DNA of 64,000 nucleotides from the NCBI GenBank assembly GCA_025353485.1, contig JANXQO010000036.1, positions 9,346-73,345 of the forward strand, read 5' to 3'. The notes under the pieces are model-generated. The model was given only the letters and a program-made list of their open reading frames with translations. It made no database searches and was not told where the DNA came from. This DNA comes from Chitinophagales bacterium. GTDB taxonomy: Bacteria; Bacteroidota; Bacteroidia; Chitinophagales; Chitinophagaceae. This document shows, in pieces, positions 38,891 to 48,601 of this stretch (position 1 is its first letter; the number at the start of each line of letters is the position of its first letter). The position numbers were made by a program, and so were the translations under genes.

Positions 38891-38930
38891 CATCATACTT
38901 TGTAAATCATACTTCTTACATCGTACTTCC
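38891..38930. repeat. Family D repeat (ACTTCTTACATCGTAC core) abutting the rnc stop
   Basis: CATCATACTTTGTAAATCATACTTCTTACATCGTACTTCC. The 18-mer ATACTTCTTACATCGTAC is identical at 57663-57680, and a diverged copy lies at 61321-61344. Confidence 0.6.
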
Positions 38931-39652
38931 TACATCGGCTTAATTTCAATGCCTAATTTTTCCACAGCAATTTGCGAAGCTACCTGACTTGCATCTTTTT
39001 TATTATAAGCCTTTGCCTGTGCTATCAGTTCACCATCTACCATTGCACCTATGGTGAATAATCTTCTTCCGTTTTCTATTTTCTCCTCCAAAGTTTCAAA
39101 TTCAAGCAGCTTACCATTTTTATTTGCCCAGCCGTACAATTTATTTTTCTGATTGATATCAAGATTTTCAAGGTCATCCATATAAAGATGGGGATTGATG
39201 ATATGCTTGGTAACCCATTTCTGTGTTTTTTTATATCCTTTATCAAGATAAACAGCGCCTACTACAGCTTCTAAGGTGTTACCAAATATCTGCGATATTT
39301 TAAGTGAGCTATCAAATTTATTATAAAAGGTTATCTTCTTTAAACCCATTTTTAAAGCAATATCATTTAATTGATTTCTGTTTACCATCTTGCTTCTCAT
39401 CTCAGTTAAAAAACCTTCCTCCTTATAAGGGTATCGCATAAAAAGATAATGACCTACCAATGAGCTAAGCACAGCATCTCCTAAAAATTCAAGCCGTTCA
39501 TTATTTTCATCAGCTCCTTCTCTTATAGAGCGGTGACTTAATGCTGTTTTGTATAAACTTAAATTTTTCGGAATAAAGCCCAGTACATTGTGCAGTTGTT
39601 TCTTAAACTCTTTATCAGACTTAGTATCAAGAAAATTTTTAAGGAATTGCAC
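38930..39652 (-). CDS. rnc: Ribonuclease III
   Basis: The RNase III signature ERLEFLGDAVL and a C-terminal dsRBD. Confidence 0.9.
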   Translation of the reverse strand: MQFLKNFLDTKSDKEFKKQLHNVLGFIPKNLSLYKTALSHRSIREGADENNERLEFLGDAVLSSLVGHYLFMRYPYKEEGFLTEMRSKMVNRNQLNDIALKMGLKKITFYNKFDSSLKISQIFGNTLEAVVGAVYLDKGYKKTQKWVTKHIINPHLYMDDLENLDINQKNKLYGWANKNGKLLEFETLEEKIENGRRLFTIGAMVDGELIAQAKAYNKKDASQVASQIAVEKLGIEIKPM

Positions 39653-39703
39653 AAAAAATATTTATTACCCGAAAGTAATATTATTAAGCCAATAAAAAAT
39701 CGG

Positions 39704-39780
39704 GAGACGTGAGACGGCAGATGTGAAAAAAATACTTGGTTGTATGGTAGGCTTTCACGTTTCACCTCTCACGTTTCACG
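39704..39780. repeat. Family B-related repeat (GTGAAACGTGA words, imperfect inverted repeat)
   Basis: GAGACGTGAGACGG…CTTTCACGTTTCACCTCTCACGTTTCACG. The right end overlaps the fabF stop codon. Confidence 0.6.
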
Positions 39781-41029
39781 CTCTGTACTTCTTTATTATA
39801 ACAGATGCGTTGTGCCCTCCGAAACCAAATGTATTACTTAATGCAGCATTTACTACCCTGGATTGCGCTTTATTAAAAGTAAAATTTAATTTAGGATCAA
39901 GATCAGGGTCATCAGTAAAATGATTTATAGTAGGAGGAATAATATCTTTTGTTACCGCTAAAATGCAAGCCAGCGCTTCCACAACTCCTGCGGAGCCAAG
40001 GCAATGACCTGTCATTGACTTACTGGAGCTAATATTTAAATCGTAGGCATTTTCTCCAAATACATTTAATATCGCTTTTGTTTCTGCTATGTCTCCGAGT
40101 GGAGTTGATGTGCCATGAACATTGATATAATCAATATCTTCTGCTTTCATTCCTGCATCTTTAAGCGCAACTATCATTACATTTTGGGCACCCAACCCTT
40201 CAGGATGTGGGGCAGTAATATGATGTGCATCTGCTGTAGCTCCGCCACCGGCAATTTCACAATAAATCTTTGCTCCCCTTGCCAAAGCATGATCAAGGGA
40301 TTCAAGAATTAAAACACCTGAACCTTCTCCCATTACAAAACCATCCCTGTCTTTATCAAAAGGTCGGGATGCTGTTTTAGGATCATCATTTCTCTCACTT
40401 AAAGCTTTCATTGCATTAAACCCTCCTACACCGGCTTCTCTAATTACCGCTTCACTTCCGCCGGTAATAATTATATCTGCCCTTCCTATACGGATATTAT
40501 CAAAGGCTTCAATAATTGCATTTGTGCTGGATGCACATGCACTTACAACAGCATAATTAGGGCCTCTGAAACCATGCCGCATTGATATTTGCCCTGCGGC
40601 AATATCCAGAATCATTTTAGGAATAAAAAAGGGATTGAAACGGGGAGTTCCATCACCGCGGGCAAATTCCATTACATCATCCTGAAAAGTAATCAGGCCG
40701 CCAATACCGCTGGCAAAAATTACACCCACTCTATCTACATCAACATTTTCCCTGCTAATGCCTGCATCCTTAACTGCTTCGTCGCTGGCAATTAATGCAA
40801 ACTGTGTAAACCGGTCAATTTTACGGGCTTCTTTTTTCTCTAAATAATTGGTGGGTTCAAAATCTTTTACTTCGCAGGCAAATTTGGTTTTAAATTTTGT
40901 GGTATCAAATTGTGTAATGTTATCAGCGCCGGAAACACCGTTGATCAATCCATCCCAATATTCCGGTACAGATTTACCCAATGGCGTTATAGCACCCAAT
41001 CCGGTTACAACAACTCTTTTTAATTCCAT
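39776..41029 (-). CDS. fabF: Beta-ketoacyl-ACP synthase II
   Basis: 417 aa with active-site …AVVSACASSTNAI… and the HGTSTP and GHCLGSAG motifs. It is adjacent to acpP. Confidence 0.92.
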   Translation of the reverse strand: MELKRVVVTGLGAITPLGKSVPEYWDGLINGVSGADNITQFDTTKFKTKFACEVKDFEPTNYLEKKEARKIDRFTQFALIASDEAVKDAGISRENVDVDRVGVIFASGIGGLITFQDDVMEFARGDGTPRFNPFFIPKMILDIAAGQISMRHGFRGPNYAVVSACASSTNAIIEAFDNIRIGRADIIITGGSEAVIREAGVGGFNAMKALSERNDDPKTASRPFDKDRDGFVMGEGSGVLILESLDHALARGAKIYCEIAGGGATADAHHITAPHPEGLGAQNVMIVALKDAGMKAEDIDYINVHGTSTPLGDIAETKAILNVFGENAYDLNISSSKSMTGHCLGSAGVVEALACILAVTKDIIPPTINHFTDDPDLDPKLNFTFNKAQSRVVNAALSNTFGFGGHNASVIIKKYRA

Positions 41030-41061
41030 AAAAGATTACCAGCGATAATTATAAAAGATAA

Positions 41062-41298
41062 TTACTTAGCGTGTTCTTCTAAGTACGTTACAGCCTGTCC
41101 AACAGTAGTAATGGTTTCAGCCTGTTCATCAGGAATAGAAATATTAAATTCCTTTTCAAATTCCATAATTAATTCTACGGTGTCCAAACTATCGGCACCT
41201 AAATCATTAGTGAAAGAAGCTTCCGGAGTAACCTCTGCTTCGTCAACACCTAATTTGTCAACAATAATTTTTTTAACTCTTGACGCTATGTCTGACAT
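41062..41298 (-). CDS. acpP: Acyl carrier protein
   Basis: 78 aa with the [16 protein letters not shown] phosphopantetheine-attachment motif. Confidence 0.95.
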   Translation of the reverse strand: MSDIASRVKKIIVDKLGVDEAEVTPEASFTNDLGADSLDTVELIMEFEKEFNISIPDEQAETITTVGQAVTYLEEHAK

Positions 41299-41426
41299 GA
41301 TAGTAAAGTTTAGTTTTAAACGGCTACAAAAATATACTTTTTGTGATAAAAAAAAATAATAAGTAAGAACTTCTGTTTTAGCTAAAAATGAGAATCATTT
41401 TGCACCTTTGTTGTCCCCAAAAAGCA

Positions 41427-43535
41427 ATGCCAAAATTTACAAATAAACTCGCAGCTGAATCAAGCCCTTATCTTTTACAACATGCACACAATCCCGTAAA
41501 CTGGTATCCATGGGGGGATGAGGCATTGCAAAAAGCAAAAGAAGAAGATAAGCCAATTCTTATCAGCATAGGTTACTCAGCCTGCCACTGGTGTCATGTA
41601 ATGGAGCATGAAAGTTTTGAGGATGAAGAAACGGCAAAGCTGATGAATGATAATTTCATCAATATAAAAATTGACAGGGAAGAGCGGCCCGATCTTGATA
41701 ACATTTATATGGATGCAGTGCAGACTATTAGTGGCAGTGGAGGCTGGCCGTTAAATGTTTTTCTTACGCCTGATAAAAAGCCATTTTATGGCGGCACTTA
41801 TTTTCCTCCACAGCGGGCGCATAACAGGGCTTCATGGAAAGAAGTTTTACAGGGCGTATCTCAATTATTCAAGGGAAAACGGGAGGAAACGGAAGCTCAG
41901 GCAGAAGAATTAACAAAACACATTGACCGGCCTACTATAAATTCTTCACTACAAAAAATTTCTTTGGATATACCGGCAGAAGAAATTTTTAGTAAGAAAC
42001 AATGCGATGAAATTTTTGAAAATATAATGAAGCAGGCAGATAAAAAAAATGGTGGTTTCGGAAATGCTCTAAAGTTTCCGCAAACTTTTACAATAAATTA
42101 TTTGCTTCGGTATTATCATTATACTAAAAATGAAGATGCATTAAAACAGTGCTGCCTTAGCCTGGATAAAATGCTTCAGGGAGGTATTTATGATCAGTTA
42201 GGCGGCGGGTTTGCAAGATATTCAACAGATGCTGAATGGCTGGCTCCTCACTTTGAAAAAATGTTGTACGATAATGCACTCCTGATTCGCACATTAAGTG
42301 ATGCTTACCAAATAACACAAAATCTATCGTATAAAAAAATAATAGAACAAACCATTGATTTTATTGAAAGAGAATTGATAAATCAAAATGTTGGTTTTTA
42401 TTCAGCGCTGGATGCGGATAGTGAAGGTGAAGAAGGAAAATATTATATATGGAGTTATGATGAAGTAAGTGAGATACTGGCTGATGATGCCCGCCCGGAT
42501 GACATGGGCGGACGGGCAAAATTATTTTGTGAATATTATAATGTTACACAAAATGGTAACTGGGAGCATAAAAATATTTTACGTGTGCTTACACCTTTGC
42601 CTGATTTTGCCAAAGAAAAAAATTTAGATGATGATGATCTTGAAAAGAAAATACGGTCTTCATCAGAAAAACTTTTAAAAGAAAGAAGCAAAAGAATTCG
42701 CCCCGGCACGGATGATAAAATATTACTTGGATGGAATGCTCTTATGGTAACTGCCTTGTGTAAAGCCTCTGCAGCATTGGGTATAAGCCGTTATAAAAAA
42801 ATGGCTGTCGAAAATTTTGATTTTTTATTATTTAACTTCAGAGTGAATGAGAATGATTTTGAACTATATCATACCTATAAACAGGGAATTTCAAAATACC
42901 CTGCCTTTTTAGATGATTATGCATATTTGACAGAGGCTTGCATTTCTCTTCAGGAAATAACATCTGATAATAAATATATTGAGTATGCCCGCTCACTAAC
43001 AGAGTATGTTCTTGAAAATTTTTTTTCTGCTGAAGAAGATTTTTTTTATTATTCAGGCAAAAAACAACATGATGTTATTGTAAGAAAAAAAGAAATTTAT
43101 GACGGCGCTTTGCCTTCAGGAAATTCGGTAATGATTGGTAATCTTTTTTATCTTTCTATAATTTTAGATAATGCAATATGGAAAGAAAAGGCTGTAGGAA
43201 TTTTAAACAGCTTATCAGAATTAATAATTAAATACCCAACTTCTTTTGGTAACTGGGCTTGTTTGCTTATTGATGTTTTTGCGGGTATAAATGAAGTTGC
43301 GATCTGCGGCAATGGATTTGAAAATTTAAGAGATGAATTGATCTCTCAATTCATTCCAAATAAAGTACTTCAATGTACTAACAATCCTGAGGGGAATGAA
43401 TACCCATTATTTTCACAAAAAAGTATTTCTACCCAACCATTTGTCTATTTATGTCGTAATTATACATGTAAAGCTCCCGTAAATAATATACCATCCATAA
43501 TTAAGGAAATTGTTAACAATCCAAAATTTAATTAA
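41427..43535 (+). CDS. Thioredoxin-domain protein, YyaL/DUF255 family (thioredoxin-like + six-hairpin glycosidase-like domain)
   Basis: N-terminus [25 protein letters not shown]…[22 protein letters not shown] 41427 is preferred over the track start at 41388. Confidence 0.85.
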   Translation: MPKFTNKLAAESSPYLLQHAHNPVNWYPWGDEALQKAKEEDKPILISIGYSACHWCHVMEHESFEDEETAKLMNDNFINIKIDREERPDLDNIYMDAVQTISGSGGWPLNVFLTPDKKPFYGGTYFPPQRAHNRASWKEVLQGVSQLFKGKREETEAQAEELTKHIDRPTINSSLQKISLDIPAEEIFSKKQCDEIFENIMKQADKKNGGFGNALKFPQTFTINYLLRYYHYTKNEDALKQCCLSLDKMLQGGIYDQLGGGFARYSTDAEWLAPHFEKMLYDNALLIRTLSDAYQITQNLSYKKIIEQTIDFIERELINQNVGFYSALDADSEGEEGKYYIWSYDEVSEILADDARPDDMGGRAKLFCEYYNVTQNGNWEHKNILRVLTPLPDFAKEKNLDDDDLEKKIRSSSEKLLKERSKRIRPGTDDKILLGWNALMVTALCKASAALGISRYKKMAVENFDFLLFNFRVNENDFELYHTYKQGISKYPAFLDDYAYLTEACISLQEITSDNKYIEYARSLTEYVLENFFSAEEDFFYYSGKKQHDVIVRKKEIYDGALPSGNSVMIGNLFYLSIILDNAIWKEKAVGILNSLSELIIKYPTSFGNWACLLIDVFAGINEVAICGNGFENLRDELISQFIPNKVLQCTNNPEGNEYPLFSQKSISTQPFVYLCRNYTCKAPVNNIPSIIKEIVNNPKFN

Positions 43536-43645
43536 TCGTTTACAATATTTATATTGTTCATCCGTTTGTAAAATGGTCAGTAATTGTTTACAAAACTTTA
43601 AGAAATCAGAAAAGCTTTGATGATTAGTTTAATAAAAAATAATTA

Positions 43646-43653
43646 TACATTTG
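43646..43653 (+). promoter_or_regulatory. Candidate -7 box TACATTTG for the gldK operon
   Basis: Matches the Bacteroidota TAnnTTTG consensus 25 nt upstream of the gldK ATG. The nearest TTTG (43616-43619) is 26 nt away, which is longer than ideal. Confidence 0.35.
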
Positions 43654-43677
43654 TCGTGTACCCTCAAAGTTAAACTC

Positions 43678-44979
43678 ATGAAGAATTACTTGTTAAATGT
43701 AATAGCTATCGCAGCAATTGTTTTTTTATCAAGCTGTGGTAAATTGGGTAAATCCAAAACTAAAGGTTTGGCTAATGATGGTCAGTTACATGGTGTAGCG
43801 CCTTCTACCCGTTATACTCCTCCTAAACCTCCGGGGATGATCTACGTTCCACCCGGAACTTTTCACATGGGACCAAGTGATGAGGATGTTAACTATGCTT
43901 TTACTGCCCGTAACAAAGCAGTTTCTATTAGTGGCTTTTGGATGGACGCTACTGAAATTACTAATAACGAATACAGACAGTTTACTAATTGGGTACGTGA
44001 TTCAATAGCAGCAAAGCTGTTAGGTGCTCCTTATGTAAAGCAGGACGCAAATGGTATTGAAGCTATTGACTGGAAAAAAGCCGGTGTTATTAAATATAAT
44101 GATAGAACGGTAATTGAAAAAATTGATGCAATGATCCTTACCCCCGATAACAGGTTGTATGGTCAAAAAGCAATAGATGCTAATAAAATTGTTTATCATT
44201 CAGAGGTGGTTGATTTTAAAGAAGCTGCAAGAAGAGAAAACGCCCGTAAACCTATTTCTCAATTTATTGTAAAAACGGATGTTCCTGTTTACCCAGATAC
44301 ATTAGTTTGGATGAGAGATTTTTCCTATTCCTACAATGAGCCGATGGCAAAACAATATAACAGCCATCCCGCTTTTGGAAATTATCCAACAGTAGGTATT
44401 ACATGGAAACAGGCTACAACTTTTTGTGAATGGAGAACGCATTATCTGAATTCATTTCTGGTTTCAAAAAATAGAACTACAGAATCACCTTTCCGTTTAC
44501 CTACAGAGGCTGAATGGGAATATTCTGCAAGGGGTGGACGTTCACAATCACCATACCCATGGGGTGGACCATATTTAAGAAATAAAAAGGGCTGCCTGCT
44601 TGCCAACTTTAAACCCGGCCGTGGCAACTATCCTGAAGATGGAGGTTTTTATACAGTAAGAGCAGATGCTTATTGGCCAAATGATTTTGGTTTATATAAT
44701 ATGGCAGGTAATGTATCAGAATGGACGTCTTCTCTTTATTATGAAGGTGGCTATAATTTTCAACATGATATGAACCCGGATATTCGCTACAATGCAAAAG
44801 ATCAGGATCCTCCACGCATGAAACGTAAAGTTATCCGCGGCGGAAGCTGGAAAGATGTAGCCTACTTTTTACAAACAAGTACAAGAAATTACGAATACCA
44901 GGATACTGCCAAATCTTATATTGGCTTCAGAACTGTGATTGATTTACCACCAACAATTGGTAAAAAAGGAAGGAAATAA
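43678..44979 (+). CDS. gldK: Gliding motility / T9SS lipoprotein GldK (PorK; FGE-sulfatase fold)
   Basis: Lipobox …VFLSSCGK, a formylglycine-generating-enzyme-like domain (…RGGSWKD…) and the gldKLMN gene order. Confidence 0.9.
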   Translation: MKNYLLNVIAIAAIVFLSSCGKLGKSKTKGLANDGQLHGVAPSTRYTPPKPPGMIYVPPGTFHMGPSDEDVNYAFTARNKAVSISGFWMDATEITNNEYRQFTNWVRDSIAAKLLGAPYVKQDANGIEAIDWKKAGVIKYNDRTVIEKIDAMILTPDNRLYGQKAIDANKIVYHSEVVDFKEAARRENARKPISQFIVKTDVPVYPDTLVWMRDFSYSYNEPMAKQYNSHPAFGNYPTVGITWKQATTFCEWRTHYLNSFLVSKNRTTESPFRLPTEAEWEYSARGGRSQSPYPWGGPYLRNKKGCLLANFKPGRGNYPEDGGFYTVRADAYWPNDFGLYNMAGNVSEWTSSLYYEGGYNFQHDMNPDIRYNAKDQDPPRMKRKVIRGGSWKDVAYFLQTSTRNYEYQDTAKSYIGFRTVIDLPPTIGKKGRK

Positions 44980-45126
44980 ATTTAATCTCAATACTACTTA
45001 TTCGAAAGAATTTTTTAATCAACATTTACTGCTTTTAATTATAACTGATAATGGCATTGCCATTTCTTTCCCCAAACAATAAACGAAAACGAAAACAAAA
45101 ACTTTAAACTTTAAAAATCTATTATC

Positions 45127-45891
45127 ATGGCTCACAGAAAAAGAACCTTTTTAACCCTTATTGATGTATTAGTAAGCGCAGGCGCTGCTGTAGTTATTTT
45201 TGCCGCCTGGGCTAAATTAACGCATCAATCATATGCTGATAAAATGCTTACGATTGGTATGTGGACTGAAACTGCCATATTTATGGTATATGCAATTATA
45301 GAGTGGGTTAAACCAAAAAGACATGAAGAAGATATTCAGCCCGGCGACTTAGAAGAAGTTGTGGTAGGTAATCCTGCATTGCAATCAATGGATAAAATGC
45401 TTATGGAGGCTGATATTACTCCGGCTAATTTAAAAAGACTTGGAGATAATTTTCAAAAGCTGGGTACTACTGTTTCAAATATTGGTGAAGTAGGTGATGT
45501 TGTAAAATCTACAAGCGATTTTTCTGCAAAAACAAAAGAAGCAACCTCTGCCATGAGCAGTTTAAGAGATGCTTATACCACATCGGCAAATACTATGTCT
45601 CACTTTAATGATGCAGCAGACAGCGCTAAAGGTTTTCATAGCCAGGTGCAGGTATTAACCAAAAATCTTTCTTCTCTTAATACTATTTATGAATTGGAGT
45701 TGAATGAAAGCAACAATCATTTAAAATCATTAAACAGCTTTTATGGGAAGCTTGCTGAAGCCAGCCAGGTTATGCTGGATACTGTTGATGATGCAGGAAG
45801 AGCAAAAGAGCAAATTGGTACTTTGGCAAATAATCTTGGTAAATTAAACCAGGTATATGGTAACATGCTAAGCGCTATGCAGGGAAGATAA
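45127..45891 (+). CDS. gldL: Gliding motility / T9SS protein GldL (PorL)
   Basis: Two N-terminal TM helices (…VSAGAAVVIFAAWAKLTH…) and a coiled cytoplasmic tail. Position is between gldK and gldM. Confidence 0.9.
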   Translation: MAHRKRTFLTLIDVLVSAGAAVVIFAAWAKLTHQSYADKMLTIGMWTETAIFMVYAIIEWVKPKRHEEDIQPGDLEEVVVGNPALQSMDKMLMEADITPANLKRLGDNFQKLGTTVSNIGEVGDVVKSTSDFSAKTKEATSAMSSLRDAYTTSANTMSHFNDAADSAKGFHSQVQVLTKNLSSLNTIYELELNESNNHLKSLNSFYGKLAEASQVMLDTVDDAGRAKEQIGTLANNLGKLNQVYGNMLSAMQGR

Positions 45892-45941
45892 TAAAGAAAT
45901 GGTATCTATTTAAAAACTAACAAAAAGTAAATTAAAATATT

Positions 45942-47474
45942 ATGGCTTTACCCAGAGAGCCCCGGCAAAAGATGATAAATGTTATGTATTTGGTACTAAC
46001 AGCCATCTTAGCATTAAATGTATCTGCCGAGGTTATTAATGCATTTAAAGTTGTAGACAGAAGTCTTATAACTTCAAATGATAACATTAAAGCATCAAAT
46101 GAAACACTATATAAATCACTTTCTGATAAATTAAATGATCCAAAACAAAATCAGGAGAAAGTAAAATTGTGGAATGATAAAGCTAAAACAGCAAAAACCC
46201 TTTCTGCAGATATAGATACTTATATCAACACTTTAAAGCAACAATTAAAAGAAGCAGCTAATCTTACAATGGTTGAAAAAGATGGTAAAACAGTAGAAGA
46301 TTATAAAGAAGATAACTTAGATGCTTCTACCAGGCTTTTTGAAACGAATGGTAAAGGGAAAGAATTGAAAGATAAGTTAGATGTATATAAACAATCAATA
46401 CTTAATATCGATCCTTCAATAAAAAAGTTATTTGAAAATAATTTTCCTGTAACTACTGATCCTCCTGTTTCTCAGGAAGGCGGTAAAAGAGATTTTACTA
46501 CATCATTTTTCCATATGACACCTACTGTTGCAGCGTTAACAATGCTCAGTAAATTTCAAAATAATGTAAAGAATGCAGAAAGCCAGATAGTAACTTATTG
46601 TCACAATCAAATTGGCGCAGTTGAAGTTCACATGGATAAATCTAATATTCTTGTAGGCCAAAATTCTAATTATTTAATGCCTGGTCAGGAGTTAGTTGTT
46701 ACTGCAGGTGTGGGGGCCTATAGTTCAACCACATCAAGTTCTATAACAGTTAATGGTAGTCCGATAAGCATGGTTGCCGGACAGGGCGAATATAAAACTA
46801 CTGTAAGTGGAGCAGGTGATCATTCTATAGAAGTAAATGGAAGTTTTATAGGAGAAGATGGAAAGCCTGTACCGGTTCATCAAACAGTTAAATATACCGT
46901 AGGTACGCCTGGTGGTGCAGCAGTAATGCTTGATAAAATGAATGTATTTTATATCGGTGTTCCAAATCCAATTAGTATATCATCCGGCACTGGTTGGGAT
47001 AAAACACACGTTTCAATGAGTGGCGGAACTTTGACTCCTGCAGGAGGACCAGGTAAGTATATAGTAAACGTAAGTGCGGTAGGTAAATCATCTATAACAG
47101 TAAATGCAGATGGTAAGGCAAGTACGTATGAGTTCAGGATTAAAAGAATTCCTGATCCTGTATTTATGGTAGGCCCAAGCAAAGGCGGAAGATTGCAATC
47201 TGTAATGTTTAAAAACCAACAATTTTGCCGGGCAGAATTAGAAAATTTTGATTTTGATGCAAGATTTAGTGTAATAAGCGCTACTGTTTATTTTGCCGGC
47301 GCCAATTTTGCCAATGTGCAAACGCAAACAATCAATGGTGGTAGTTTAGCATCATTGCAAGGTCAATTTGCCAAATGTATTCCCGGTACTTCGGTAACAT
47401 TTGATAACGTAAAAGTTCAGGGGCCTGATGGAACAGTCAGGGTAATTCAAGGCCCGGGATTCATACTCTTTTAA
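45942..47474 (+). CDS. gldM: Gliding motility / T9SS protein GldM (PorM)
   Basis: N-terminus PREPRQKMINVMYLVLTAILALNVSAEVINAF is typical of GldM. 510 aa. Confidence 0.9.
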   Translation: MALPREPRQKMINVMYLVLTAILALNVSAEVINAFKVVDRSLITSNDNIKASNETLYKSLSDKLNDPKQNQEKVKLWNDKAKTAKTLSADIDTYINTLKQQLKEAANLTMVEKDGKTVEDYKEDNLDASTRLFETNGKGKELKDKLDVYKQSILNIDPSIKKLFENNFPVTTDPPVSQEGGKRDFTTSFFHMTPTVAALTMLSKFQNNVKNAESQIVTYCHNQIGAVEVHMDKSNILVGQNSNYLMPGQELVVTAGVGAYSSTTSSSITVNGSPISMVAGQGEYKTTVSGAGDHSIEVNGSFIGEDGKPVPVHQTVKYTVGTPGGAAVMLDKMNVFYIGVPNPISISSGTGWDKTHVSMSGGTLTPAGGPGKYIVNVSAVGKSSITVNADGKASTYEFRIKRIPDPVFMVGPSKGGRLQSVMFKNQQFCRAELENFDFDARFSVISATVYFAGANFANVQTQTINGGSLASLQGQFAKCIPGTSVTFDNVKVQGPDGTVRVIQGPGFILF

Positions 47475-47482
47475 TAAATAAA

Positions 47483-48508
47483 ATGAATGCGATGAAAAAG
47501 TTTTTTGTATATTTTATATTGGCCGGTTGCTTTGCAATGGTTACAAATATTGGTGAGGCACAAACAAAGCGTACTGTAAAAAAACGCACCACTGCAAAAC
47601 GAACCACCAACACTAAAACAAAGGTTAGTATCAAGCCTACTAAGGATACAGTTGCTATTGTAGCTCCTCCTAAAGTAGACAGCCTGCCTTTTGCTGTTGT
47701 AAAAAAATCATTGCGGTCCAACGATGCTATAGAAAGAAATCTTGTGAAAGACAGAATACCTTTGCCTTACGAACATTTGCGTGAAGACGATGCTGTGTAC
47801 CGGGAGAAAGTTTGGAGAGAAATAGATATAAGAGAAAAAATGAATTTGCCTTTCCGTTATTCAGCGGATGACGATAATGGTAATCAACGTTTCATTTCAA
47901 TTTTATTTAAAGCAATACAGGACGGGCAGGACAATGGCGGAGTAACTGTTTTTGATGCTGTTGATGACAGGTTCACTACTCCCTTAACTGTATCAAAGGT
48001 GGCAGAAAAAATTTCTGGTGGTACTGTTGATGTTCCTATTTACGATTCATTAGGAGTTGTAGTAGGTACAAAACATGTAACTGCGGAAGTTAACCTTGAT
48101 TCTTTTTATAAATTCAGAATTAAGGAAGAGGTGATATTTGATAAAGAAAGTTCCAGATTATTTTGGAGAATTTTAGGTATTGCTCCGGTAAAAAATGTAA
48201 TTACTTCGGCTGGCGTAAATCTTGGTGAAACAGAATTGTTCTGGGTGTATTACCCTGATATGAGACCCATTTTTGCAAAGTTCGAAGTGTATAACGGTAA
48301 AAACTTTGGAGCAAGAATGAGCTGGGAAGAATTATTTGAAAGCAGGATGTTTTATGGACGAATTATTAAGAGCACGCTGGATAATCCTTACGACAGATTT
48401 TTATCAGAGTATGGCGGTTTAAAAGATAATAAAATATTACAACTGCTGGAAGGAGAAACTATAAAAGACAGAATATTTAATTACGAACAAAATTTATGGA
48501 GCTATTAA
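47483..48508 (+). CDS. gldN: Gliding motility / T9SS protein GldN (PorN)
   Basis: Signal peptide and conserved …RVWREIDIREKMN…LFWVYYP…R… segments. It is the last gene of the gldKLMN cluster. Confidence 0.88.
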   Translation: MNAMKKFFVYFILAGCFAMVTNIGEAQTKRTVKKRTTAKRTTNTKTKVSIKPTKDTVAIVAPPKVDSLPFAVVKKSLRSNDAIERNLVKDRIPLPYEHLREDDAVYREKVWREIDIREKMNLPFRYSADDDNGNQRFISILFKAIQDGQDNGGVTVFDAVDDRFTTPLTVSKVAEKISGGTVDVPIYDSLGVVVGTKHVTAEVNLDSFYKFRIKEEVIFDKESSRLFWRILGIAPVKNVITSAGVNLGETELFWVYYPDMRPIFAKFEVYNGKNFGARMSWEELFESRMFYGRIIKSTLDNPYDRFLSEYGGLKDNKILQLLEGETIKDRIFNYEQNLWSY

Positions 48509-48527
48509 TTTAATGATATATAATTGT

Positions 48528-48556
48528 AAGGGAAGCTGAAATGCTTCCCTTTTTTA
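48528..48556 (+). terminator. Rho-independent terminator after gldN
   Basis: AAGGGAAGC-TGAAAT-GCTTCCCTT followed by TTTTTATTTT. Confidence 0.85.
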
Positions 48557-48559
48557 TTT

Positions 48560-48601
48560 TGTCTGAACCATGATTTATTAGATTACAGGATTAATGGGAT
48601 T
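48560..48601. repeat. Family C repeat copy overlapping the uvrC 3' end
   Basis: TGTCTGAACCATGATTTATTAGATTACAGGATTAATGGGATT. The last 7 uvrC codons (NPINPVI*) are read from it. Confidence 0.7.

Noticed and set aside
41111-41359. 82-aa plus-strand ORF opposite acpP
   Set aside because: It is an antisense shadow of the highly conserved acyl carrier protein gene.
43678-48508. gldKLMN as a candidate novel system
   Set aside because: It is the well-known T9SS/gliding core in canonical order, with canonical N-terminal motifs.
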